A stretch of DNA of 64,000 nt from Catajapyx aquilonaris (GCA_000934665.2 KZ538490.1:1-64000), one strand, 5' to 3'. Positions 1 to 11,687 are shown, numbered from the stretch's first letter. Made by a program: numbers and translations. Notes: a model not told the origin generated them from the letters alone.

Positions 1-3000
1 GGGGGGGGGGAAAGGTCCCTTTTTTTCCGGGACTGTAGTCTCTCAGATCCTGGAAGTTAGGGAACCGTACTGGCTCTGGTGTGCAACGGGAGGGCATAGG
101 TGGCAGGGGCAGGTAAAGGCTACGGAGGGAACTAGCAGGTGGGTTGATGACGATTTTAAAAAAAACAAATACGAGTGCTTACCAGTGCTGCAGTGTTGGC
201 GACTAACCCCTTGGCTCTGGAAGACTTGAAAGTGATCCGAAGGAGTGGTGGTCGAAAAGGGGGGAGTCCAAGCACGTGAAACAAGGTTGCGCACAATTTG
301 ATTGGCCTTATCCCCTACTGGTCCTTCCCCCACACGGACTCCCCCGCAATCAATATATACATATAAAAAAGGGACATTTAGGGAAGATTCACCGGCACGC
401 TATGCTTTTGGTTGATAGCTACAAAAGGGAGGTCATAGTTTGAAGCTACTATTGTAGGGGGTAAAAAGCAACGCACAAACAGGTTCTGATATGCGACAGA
501 AATGCGTTGTATATTCACCTCTGGAAGTAAATATTGGACAAGTTTCAGGTGCATCCAAACAGGTTTCATATGTACTGTCCAGTAGTGGCCTACTGCTATA
601 AGTCGAACATCCGAAGAAAATTGGGGCATTGATTGGTCACAATGTAAAATGCTTTCCTAAGTCGAATTTCTATGAAATTTTCGGTAACTCGAAGTGTCGA
701 GTGCAACTTACTACTTAATTTGTGAATTTTAAAAGTTAGGCGCAAGTTGAACTTTGTGCCAGATTCGGGTAAGTTTTTCCCAATGTACACTGACTTAGGG
801 GTTCAAGGCAGACCAATGAATCGTGAATGGAGGAGTTCAAATGGCATTGTTGCGTCGATGGTATAACTTTAAAACCACTTGTTCAGTTCAAAATTCACAG
901 CAGTGTAAGTGTCCCCATATACTTTTATTTAAGGAGCTTTGTTTCCTAAAAATAGTGTGATGTGACATTACTTGGGCTAGGTTTTGTTTATTTAATACTA
1001 CAGCGTGGAAATAAAAGGTAAACGTCCTTGTAAGTGTTTGCACCGCGGCTTTAAAAAACTTTTATAACTGCAGTACTGACCAGTAAAAATATTCTCTTTG
1101 CCAAGTAAGTTCGTAAGGCCTTGCCGAGGGTATCCACTTCACGTTGAAGTGTACATCTGATTACGACTGCACTGCTGATTGCGCGTAAGCCTTATCCACG
1201 ATGACGCTTTAGGGACTTCGCGTGTTTATGCAACAAAGTGGTCATCTGATTATACGAGTAGTTAACCTCTCGAACATCCCCTTTAAATTGGACTCCGTCT
1301 ATTTGAGTGACCAGTTATACTCTTTCATGATTATTTGAAAGGAAGTTTTACTCATTCTGTCTACTATAGTGAGCTTGACTCATTTTATTTTGAAAGTTAT
1401 TCTTTCAGCCGAATATTTTTTTCGAAGCATAAATTACTCCTGGTGTTATTTCATGGACGGGTCTCGTTACAAACGTGAGGTAATGAGTTTAGGACCAGAG
1501 GTGTAAATACTGATATCCTGACACGTATAGAACCCATAGAGCGATCCAATGCATCGTGTGCCAAGTCCATGGCATTTTGGCTTGAAATGTAACGTTGCCA
1601 CCATTGATGGTCACATGATAGAAATAATTATACGCTCATATGAATTTCTGTCTGTCGTAGTTATACCATGTGACTATAGCAGTGAGTGACTCCCACACTT
1701 CCAGTACTAAGGTCGCCGACTGCAGTAGCCAACGGCAGCAGAGACGGGCGGGCTCCCTAATGACATCCAGGAGATAGTCGAATGCCGTCTTTCTTGAGAG
1801 ATAACAATGTAAACCACCTGATTAAGTGATCCAAATCGGCAAATCATAGAGGCTGCTGATATGAATACGTCCGTTAACTATAGCTGATTTATATCGTGTA
1901 GACCAGCAGTGGCGCCAATGTTATAAAGAGCACTTTATCTCAAATGTGAGGCTACTCCGACTAGCTCACATCAGAACGTAGGCCATGAATTGTGTAGGCT
2001 ACTAACTTGAAGGCACTATTGCATATGAAGAAAAAAAAAGTTTCGGGGTCTAGGCAGTAGGCACCCAACAGCACTATAGCAAGATGAAGGTTGGAGAAAA
2101 AGCACCTTGCTCGAGTGCTTGTTGTATTGGGTCATAGTGTTGTCTGGAACTTCTCTTAAAAACCTCGGGTCGAATTTTCGTCGCACTGCTAAGTTAGCAG
2201 TAACTGGCAGTGGGACGAAAATTTCACCCCTTACGGTAAGAGCGTCGTACCAAAATAGGATGAACAATCGTCGTGTCTTTTTACTCGTTATTAAACAGGT
2301 TTTTATAGTGACGGAAATTGCGTTTTTTTTTCTACGTGTATCAGAAAAACGAGGTGGTCACTTTTGTCAGTCTGCGACGAATGGAAAGAAAACGCACTCG
2401 TGAGAACCACGCTTAATAAACACCCTGTAGAGCCCATGTTATTAGCACGCTATACTGCCAGTGGGTGGTAAATGACTGTCTGATCATCCTTCCCACATTT
2501 TTATTCCCGCAAGTAAGTGCACCGCATTCTCGCAAGAAAGAAAATAAGAGAGGTGCTGGGGGGTATAGGTGAAGGGAGCGGGGGTGCTGCCCCCCTCTGC
2601 AATTTGTTTTTGTCCCCAGGAAAAGTTGTGAATTCATGGCCAGGTGAAATGTTTGTGTGGGGTGGGTTGGAAAAGGTATAGTTGGGGGGGATAGGGGGTG
2701 ACGGTAGGTGTGGGTGGGTCGTGGGGGGTGCCTCCGGGTCTCCATGGAAACGCAATGAACACACAGGTGTGGGCTTTGTTCCAGAACGGCTCGGGGTCCA
2801 AGGTACGGTGGGGAGAGAGACAGGCTGTAGTGCTTATGCGCGCCCCACTTTCTGTACCTAGCATGGGCTGGAAGGGAGAGAGAGACCCTGAGAGACCTCC
2901 GGCGCGAAAATTATCGTCCCCAAAGCATGATTTATGATGAGGACTTGGGCGACGGTGTCAAAGGAAGACACTGCCGAGTCGCAAGCTGGGAGAGTTTTGC

Positions 3001-3356
3001 ATTGGGGGGGGGNGGGGGAGAGGCAGGCGAATACAGATAGGGTTTAGATATATAGGGTGGGAGGTAAATTTGTGGGTGATAATGGGGTGGTTGAGTGTGT
3101 GTGAAGAGTTGTTCACACCAGGCAGATTGGTGACAGACGTGGGGGGTATTGAAAAAATTGGGCATAGCAGGTATCTGGATGTTGATTGCTTGGTTACACT
3201 CAATACCGGCCTAACAATCCAACTAAAATGCCTTCGAAGCTATATTCGCACCAGTATAGCACTGAACTAAAAATATTTTTTTGGGAATGGTTTCCTTCTA
3301 CTGTAGTACAGTACAGTACCTCATTTTTCTAAGGACCTGTCGTAGACCGTGCAGTG

Positions 3357-3438
3357 TACTGTATCCCGCAAAAAGATGGAGACGATTTTGCATTGAAACT
3401 AATGCACGATCGTCTCCATTTTTTTTAGCGATATAGTA
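3357..3438. mobile_element. Small hairpin MITE-like element flanked by TA
   Basis: Arms 3355-3394 and 3401-3440 are reverse-complementary at 33/40 positions with a 6-nt loop. TA at 3357-58 and 3437-38; termini CTGTA/CTATA, Tc1/mariner-like. Confidence 0.65.
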
Positions 3439-5839
3439 CATCAATATCTACACATTTGTACGAAAAAATAGTATTGTTAACTAAAAGAATTGTGTTGGCA
3501 CCTTGGTTGCTATAGGCCAGCAATAAGGCGACCAATTATCTCTTTCGGGTTGGGACTTCTGGACCTATCGACTACATGCGGGAGAAATGGTTAAGAATCA
3601 TCAGGTAACTTACATTAAACCACCAACATAATCAGCCTTGTCGTCAGAGGTAACTGCGGCAACCAATATAGGATTGGACCACGTGGCCAGCGGGGAGTTG
3701 AACCTATAGGAAGCCCTTTCGTAGAAACTGCGCAATTTTGAATTAGCTGAAGACCGGTTGTTATCCGTAAGCTCAGGTGATCCGCTTACATCCAATTAGG
3801 TCCCGTTTGTCGATAGAGCACACTCAAGATTCCGGGTCACATGTGGTCATGTGATGTAATGTGAACCACCTACCGGCTCCCCGGCTGGTATTGCCATTCA
3901 TGTCAGCTTGAATGGTACGTAAATCAATAGATAAATTGAATCGGACGGTTCTAGGCCATAGTATAGGTGTATTGAACATTGCTTAGGTTTATGCAGTTAT
4001 CTGATGATCACATAATTTCTGGATGATCAATAGTGGTGTATGAACATCGCTTTGATGCCTATGTTTTTTTCGGCGTTTGAAGTAGTAAATAACTATACAG
4101 TCATTTTATTGGCAGACTGCGTGCATGTGTACAGTCACTTAACAGGAACCGTTTTAGTACCACCCCAACCCTGAAGGAAACACAGGATCGCGTACTGGTA
4201 CCCGGATAATAAAGAACGTCTTACGGCCCCGCCATGTTGGCCGCCTTAATCCTGGAAGTGGAGGAGTTAAAGAGTGTTGGTCGTAAATTGGAGCTAGGTG
4301 TAAGTCACCTAACGTAAGCACCACGCAATTTCCATGAACCCGGTATAGCAGATGCCCCGCCTCTTTTTTTCCCTCCTTTTTCCTGTTTCCCCGTCGATAT
4401 GTCTCTTTACGCCGGGAATGAATTTTAATGAGCCGTAATTGGAGCGAGTGAGTGTTAGAATTAAGCTAGGGGTGTGTAAACTGAATGGGTGGGTGCAGAG
4501 GGAGAGAAAGATGAAGTGCGGGGGATGCTGGTTGCTTGACTGGAACATTAACGTTTTGCCTTCGGGCAGGCTTTTTCATGGTGCGTTATTGCTACGCGCA
4601 GGGTCAGAATGCGTGGCAGCTGACTGGAGAATATGACTCTAGTGTTGCAACAATGCGCAGTGTAATTTGATTGAGCAATGATGATGGCAATTGGATTTTT
4701 CAAAAGTGCGTTCGTAATGAATTGAAACAAACCATCACAACTTTTCTCTATTAAAAGCAGCACAAGTTTGAATACTCGGCGTACAGTATGCAGTACAAGT
4801 TCATGTGAAAGTGACAATATGGCGTACCTTGGGCAATTGCAATGAATCGCTCGGGAGAGACCTTAACATGAACCGGCAGTTGATTTTAAGTCTGGAGGAT
4901 GGGGGAGGTAGGGTGAGGTTGAATTTAATTCCCAAATCCATGTATTTTGGGCGGGAGGAAATATAAGCCCGGCACTGGTTTCCTATGCATTTCATTAGGG
5001 CATATTGTGTTCCCAAGTTAATATTCCACCCAAGGTACCCGCAAGTAAACCAGTTATTAAACTAGAGAGATGGGAGCTGGGTGGGGGGTGGTAGGACCCA
5101 AGTTTTGGACTCCCAGCTGCATGGGGGAGTATTATTACTATTAGTTGGGGAATTTTTTTTGGCAAACTCGATGGGTCCTCCCCCTTCTCTTCCTCCTCCT
5201 TTTGCAAAGTTTGTGCGGAGAAGTGTCGCTGGCGTCGCATTGTTCTCCTCAGGTCCTCTCTAGTTGCTGTGTGACATCGGTTGATTTCTGCCGCCGTCGA
5301 AAGTTTGTTTCGGTGCAATTAAGTGGGCAAACAACTTTGTCTCGGCTTCCACTCTAGGCTTTCCCTCCTACTCCCTTTTACACTGTAATTATTATTGATC
5401 CGGAAGCATCAAATTTATCGGAATTTCGTCTGCCCCCAATCAATAACCATGCCTTTGCCATGTGCTCCTTTGCAGCACACGGGAGTAGGAAAACAAGGCG
5501 GTTGGGGGGTAAAAGAGTCGGGCTATGGCGGGGTAAGGTTGGGCCCAGGGCGGATGGCAACCGGGGGCCCAGACGGGGCTGGCCGCCCTCTACGCAGTTC
5601 TCTATCCGAGGGGGCCGCCATTCCGCGGGGCTGGCGTTGCAAAATGCCAGACAATGGGGGAGCGCCGGGGATTTCTCCTTTCCCCTGGCAAAGCAGAGGG
5701 CCGAGGGGCTGTGCAGGTCGCTCCGCAAGCACTGGCGGTACTGGCTGGAGAGGGTGAACGGAGGGCGTCGACGTCGGTGGCGTCGTCAGGGCGACGGGGT
5801 GGGGAACGACGTCGAGTATTGAACGGGACGGAAAAGAAA

Positions 5840-5968
5840 ATGGCCGGATTGAAATTTTGCAAATCAGAAACAAACGCTACTGGAGCTATGAAAAAATTCA
5901 GGTGCGAATTAATTAGAGAAAAAAAAGAGAATAAAATGTGTGATAAAAGAGCAGATGTTAAGGGTTGA
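5840..5968 (+). other. Candidate upstream ORF (42 aa, MAGLKFCK...ADVKG) in the presumptive 5' leader
   Basis: aaaATGg context at 5840, stop TGA at 5966-5968, 287 nt before ATG 6256. Relevant only if this region is in the mature mRNA. Confidence 0.3.
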
Positions 5969-6255
5969 CGGGGTGGGCAGTGAGGTGGGGGGTCAGATGC
6001 GACCCTCCGTTCATTCCGTCCATGCGCGCCAGCTGCGTAATTGTGTGCGCTGTGGGTTTGGCAAAGGGGGGAGACGTCCCCCCCATACAAACATGGACGT
6101 CTGTGGACAGGGAAAACCTTTGTGTAGGGGACGTTTGGGGCCCGGATTTTTTTGACCAGGCGGCCCAGTCCGCGGAATTGAGTGCAGAAAGTGGCGGGCA
6201 GGACAGCGTAGATCGCGACGGTGCGGGTCAAGTGCCGGGGGGAGGTCAGGACAGG

Positions 6256-8323
6256 ATGGAGGAGATGGGGGAACTGAGTGGGGATCCCGCGGCTTCGGCT
6301 GCGACGGCGTTCGACGGCGGTGGCGGTGCAGGCGGTGGCGGAGCAGGAGGAGGAATTGTAGTTGTAGGAGGGAGCAGCGGAGAGCGGACCGTGTCCACTG
6401 GGGTTGTTGAGTCAGTAGTAGTCGATTCTCCGCCGGCTGCTGGAGAGTGCAGCACCACGCATGCTGCCTCTCTTCTGTCCCCGACCCAACTCAGTCCTGC
6501 TATTTCACGTAGGGCCGTCGGTGGGGCAGGGAGCACACCACACGGCGACGGAGGTGGTGGCGTCGGCGGCGGCGTCGTCGTCGTCGTCGTCGGTGCTGCT
6601 GCTGGCGGTGGTGGCGGTGGTGGGGGAGGTAGTGGGGGCGGTGTTGGAGGTGGTGGGGGTGGGGGCAGCAGAAGTAGTACCACCTCTTGTGGGAGCAGCA
6701 GCAGCAGCTACAGCAGCATCAGCAGCCAGGTGGTGGTGGTGGTGGAAGGAGGTGCTCAGGCAGCAGGGGACTCTGTCTCACTGACCGTCAAGGAGGAGCT
6801 GCCCAACAGTGGTGCGGAGGACTTGTCCGCGGACAGCGTGCGCCTGCCCTCCTCCTCCTCCTCCTCATCCTCCTCCTCCACTACTTCTTCGGCGCACGGG
6901 ACAGCAGTCGGAGTGGTGGTGTCTGCGGGGGCGGATGCTCCTACTGTGGCCAAGGCCGAACCTTTGTCAGTGATAGTGCCCACTCAGCAGGAAGAAGAAG
7001 AGGAGGAGGACGACTCCCAACTTGACTCTCATGACTCGGAACTGTTGAGCCCCGGTAAGCTCTCTCCGTCGGCAGCCGCGGCCATATCCGTCAGTGTGTC
7101 CAGTATGATCGACGCCTCCGAGTATCGCACGCTGCAGCCAGAACCCACCTACCAGACCTTGACCTCGGTCAACGGGAGGATGTCGCCTCCAGGTTACAGT
7201 CCCACCTCCTACGCAACCTTAACACCCTTGCAACCCTTGCCTCCCATCTCCACCATGTCGGACAAGTTCGCCTACGGACACGCGGGCAACGTGTCCGGTT
7301 CCTTCACCGTCATGCAGAACAACGGCCTGGGCAACCTGGGTCTTGGGATGGCGGTCAACTCGCCCTACAGCTACGACAAGCTGGCCTCGATGGGCATGTC
7401 GCCGCCCCACTACTCCAGCCCGAGCAACGGTCTGGGTCTGGGGCTGACCCAGCAGCATTCGCCCCTCAGCCCGCAGAACTCGTACTCGCAGAACGGGTTG
7501 CCCTCACCGCAAAAGTCGCTCTCGCCCAACGGGTACGACTCGCCCTACGCCCACCGCACGGCGATGGCCCCGGGGCCGCAGTCGCCCACCCTCAGCCCGC
7601 CCTCGGCATCGCTGCACTCGCCGCCGCAGAGCATGGGCGGGGGTGGATTCGGCGGGGTGACGTCGGGCAGCCTGGCGGCGGCGGCGGCAGCCGCGGCCGC
7701 CTCCATGCCCTCCCTCAACGGCCTCACGGCCATCTCGCCCCACAGCGTTTCCCCACACACCTCGCCGCCCATAGGGGTTGGCGTGGGCCTCGTCGGGGTC
7801 GGGATTGGCCCCAGGCCCGTCGACCCCAACAACGCCCCACCTTCGCCCCCGACCCCACAGATGGCCCCTGCCGTGTCCCTCCAATCCTCCTCCACCTTGC
7901 AGTCGCACCAGGTGGTCCAGGCGCAGCCCCCTGTCGCTGTGGTCAAGTCAGTCAGCGGGGTGGGAGGCAACCATCCTACCAACAGCAACAGCAGCAGCAA
8001 CAGCAGCAACGGTGGTGGAGGGGTTGGTGGAGGTGGAGGAGGTGGCGGTGGCCACGGTGGTGGGGGTGGAGGAGGGGCAGAAGTGGAGGAGATCAACACC
8101 AAGGAGCTGGCCCAGCGGATCAGCGCAGAGCTCAAGCGTTACAGCATCCCGCAGGCCATCTTTGCCCAGAGGGTCCTGTGCCGCTCCCAAGGCACCCTGT
8201 CCGACCTCCTGCGCAACCCAAAACCGTGGTCCAAGCTGAAGTCTGGCCGGGAGACCTTCCGCCGCATGTGGAAGTGGCTTCAGGAGCCTGAGTTCCAGCG
8301 GATGTCCGCCCTCAGGCTAGCAG
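6256..8323 (+). CDS. onecut: ONECUT/HNF6-class homeobox transcription factor, first coding exon (N-terminal region plus CUT domain); partial gene, homeodomain exon not found in window
   Basis: ORF 5965-8337 encodes EEINTKELAQRISAELKRYSIPQAIFAQRVLCRSQGTLSDLLRNPKPWSKLKSGRETFRRMWKWLQEPEFQRMSALRLA (ONECUT-type CUT domain), plus TP box and GNVSGSFT motif. Start placed at ATG 6256 (aggATGg, good Kozak context); in-frame ATG 6022 is an alternative. Exon ends at GCAG|GTAGGA, phase 1. Confidence 0.95.
7210..7314 (+). other. ONECUT TP/STP box and adjacent conserved GNVSGSFTxM motif (transactivation region)
   Basis: Translation YATLTPLQPLPPISTMSDKFAYGHAGNVSGSFTVM closely matches the motifs recalled from vertebrate HNF6/ONECUT proteins (TLTPLQPLPPISTVSDKF; GNVSGSFTLM). 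Confidence 0.9.
8086..8322 (+). other. CUT DNA-binding domain including the LSDLL (LxxLL) motif at 8197-8211
   Basis: Direct translation EEINTKE...RMSALRLA is the ONECUT-class CUT domain. Confidence 0.97.
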
Positions 8324-11300
8324 GTAGGACCGGGTAGCCCCTGCCCATTTCTAATATTCCTCTCTCATCCTCAACACCACCTGTTCGGTCATGTGACCAG
8401 ATGCACTGCATTTGCACTGAGTGCTGTGGAAAATGCTGAAAGTTAGTTTGACAAAAGAACATGTTGCAATTGCACCATCTGGTCACCTCGGCCGAACTGT
8501 AAATGCCCCTGTTGGCTATGTAGTTTGTTAGTTTGGTTGGACAAAAAAAAATAATTCTTCTTCTATGCTGTTCTCTAAATCTAGTAGTTTTAGCCAGATT
8601 TCTGGAGGCAGTAGATGCCTATTCCTTTGCATTATGAAAAGTTGACATATCAATCACTTCCTGGGGCACGCAACTGAATTTGTAGGCATGCGGCACAAGT
8701 GGTCACTGACAAGTCATGAAGCTAAATGTGTAAGAAAATCCTGGCTTCATTTCAATTGAAGCTTTGTTTATTATGAAGCAGCAGTGATAATCATTGTTCT
8801 GAAAGTGTAACATTTTCATGCCATAAGCTGCTGCACTTGTCAGTTACACTGTGCCTGTGCATTGCACGTGTTTTTCCAGTATGGTAATCAGCAGAACAAA
8901 ATTGTATGTATTTAATCCATCTTGTAGGTTTTTTTAAAAGGAGGCAGTGCCATTGTTTTTCAAGTCAAAAGTATTGTACACGATATGCATCCAAAACTTT
9001 AGTAGTCATTCCTTGTACTTCCTCGACAACGTTGATTGGTCTTGTGCATTATCTTTTAAAAAACCTGAATAATTTACTATTAATGGGGGCCAACTCGGTG
9101 TTTTTACTATTTTCAGCCAATTGTCGGGGAGACACACTGAATGAGACGGACGCTGCCAGGACAGGTATTTATTATTGGCCACTAAAAAAAATTTAATACA
9201 GTATTTAAGTTGTGTGATAATAGATTTAATGATTGAATCATGCAGGCATGTCATAGCACTTGTCAGGAAAATTATTAGAATGGTTAAGGAGTACATTTTG
9301 TGACATGACATATCGGTGTGGTCTTGGGAGTTGTGCTGCTGTGCATATTTACCACCGACTCAACAATGCTCACATTATGTATGCCTGCATCTTATCAGTA
9401 ACTTTGCTTGCGTTTCTTGCATAAGCCACATTTAGTACCAAGTGACATGCCCCAGGGAGACAATATTTTGCTGGTGACCGTGTGATGCTGTCTTTGCCTT
9501 ATACATCCAGAGAATATTGAGAGCAGCATGGAACAAGGAAAAAAAAAAGGCCACCAATTAATTTTGTGCAAGTTTTAAACCCCTGTGTAGTGTAGCCATG
9601 TAGAGTGTTTTTGTAGCACACATGGGTTCAGGTCACAATAGCACAGTGTGCAGCCCAGCATGAATCTGTACTGGTGCCCACCATTTTTGGGGGTGACTGT
9701 ACCTTGATAAATAGAGCAGGTGGTGATATCTCTGGAGATAGAATGAGGTATACAGTACAGCAGGGGTTGGCGGTTGGAAGGGTGGGCATATAGCCGGGGT
9801 TTCGCGTGTCCAAAGAACCCCCCCTCTAATAATCACCTGCGAGTCCTAATGGGCAAGTAAGTTTGCCCTCCGGCAGCTGACTCAGAGATACATCCCCAAC
9901 TTAAATAAATGATGGCAAAGTTATTAAAATTGCACGGTATTAGATGCGGCTTGTGGTAGTCTCCATTTTTTGGAGGAGGATTACAAAATATCGTATTTAT
10001 TTAATCGCGACGGGCCTTAAGGAAAAGTGGCCACGTGTAGACCGCGTCGCCATGCAAATGACGCGAATAAAGAAGGGGAAAGTTTTTTTTTGGAAGGGGG
10101 GTGGAGGGATGGAGAGATGGAGGGGGGGGGGGGGAGAAAAGGGATTTTCTTTCTCGGCTTCCTGCTGCTTGCTGCTAGAAGGGAGATTAAAAAATACTGG
10201 CTCGGGAGGAAAAGGGAAAAGGAGGAAGGAAAAAAAAAAATGTCAAATTTCATTTGGGAAGGAAATTACAGAAATTAAAATATGCCACTGATAAAGCGGA
10301 ATTTAAATAGGAGGGTTTATTTGCTTGGATGGAGAAGCCCCGGATTGTTGTGGGCCTGTTGTAAAATATATATTGTAAGGGAATGACCCAGTAAAAAAAG
10401 GTGCGGAGTAGCTTAATGAAATGGGATTAATCGCCAGAGTGGTAATGAATGGTGATCATTGATACACTCGTTTCGTTGGCTGTCGTCAAGCATTTGGCTG
10501 CTTCCAAACTTGATGCCGCATGTAGTAAAAGAGTTACAAGTTACTGCTACGGGGGGGTCGGTGCTGAGGGAGTGGGGGATCCAATCAAGCAAAGTAGAAA
10601 ATTTAACTTCCCCTTGTTCCATTAATGTAATAGCTAGAGCCCAGACAAAACCCGCAAGACTTTCTATTAAGAACCTGAAGGAGGCTTGATGGGGGCGTGT
10701 GGCCGCAACAGATAACCGTTTATTGTGTCATTTACACACTTGCTGGCTGATTGCGGCCAGGTCGCATTACCCGGAGATGAAATTCATAAATGCAATAATT
10801 GAGTATTATAATGTAGGAATTTGTTTATGAAAAGCGCGCGCACTCGTTTTTTTGTTTTGTTTTTGTTTGTATATCATCACTTTTCATTATGGGCGGCCCA
10901 CCCGCAATTTCGGCCGAATTGTTTTTGGGAAATGAAAAACAACAAACAGGCTATAGGACCGGGGAAAAGGCCTAGGGCGCAGATGTTGACCAGAAACTGT
11001 TTTGTATTCAAATGATTAACATCGACATTTATTAACACCTATTGTTGTGGCAATTCAGCTAACTGCATATAGTCGAGTTGAAAGCACTGGCGTTGCATCA
11101 AATTACCCTGCTTATGGTAGGTGTCAAAATGGTTATGTTTTAACGACAATATTACTCGCGCGGTCTTACGATTAAAAAGCACAATGGTGGGGGGTTCGGG
11201 CTGGGTACTTAAATCGTGCCCGCCCAAATTTACCAGGCCCACTGCAAATGGGCGAGTTGTAGAGTTTTCGCGGGAAATGATGAACTCCGGCTGCGGGCAA

Positions 11301-11637
11301 AGCGCTCATGTGGAACACACAGTTTCATAGCAGTTGGTCACAACCGCGGTCGCTATTTATTGTCCACCTGATTGGCGGGGATTACAATCAGGCCTCGATA
11401 TGTGGCAGCAGGGGTCAAGAGTTAGGGCTGGATTTCTGAGCTATACTGTTCAGGCGTGACCAACAAAAAAAAAAAAAAGTTGACAACCAGCGTTGCAGAA
11501 CATCGCTTGCATATCACCTATTGGGTATAGTTTTAGGGCGGGTGAAACTAGTGGATGGGGAAAAGGGGTAAGGTAAGGGAGAGAGAGAGAGAGAGGGTCT
11601 TGTGTGCCCAAAAGACTCACCAAGTGGCATCCTTCGG

Positions 11638-11687
11638 GTTGTCAAGGCAACGCCACGTCCTGGCACGTGCTTAGTAGCCCAGGCAAC
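11638..11687. promoter_or_regulatory. Candidate pair of RFX X-boxes with an intervening CACGTG E-box
   Basis: GTTGTCAAGGCAAC (11638-11651) and GTAGCCCAGGCAAC (11674-11687); motif match only. Confidence 0.4.

Noticed and set aside
1903..1915. CTCF-like motifs CCAGCAGTGGCGC and (27597-27610) TAGCGCCCTGGTGG
   Set aside because: Both are 1-2 nt short in the core spacing relative to the CTCF consensus.
5965..5967. TTG start of the 790-aa ORF, and its GRTG-stop end, as the true protein limits
   Set aside because: Eukaryotic gene: an ATG start is more likely, and the ORF end lies past the splice donor.
6246..8239. Antisense and alternative-frame ORFs overlapping the onecut exon (e.g. 6246-6683, 7545-8135, 7778-8239)
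   Set aside because: Shadows of GC-rich, trinucleotide-repeat coding sequence with no independent evidence.
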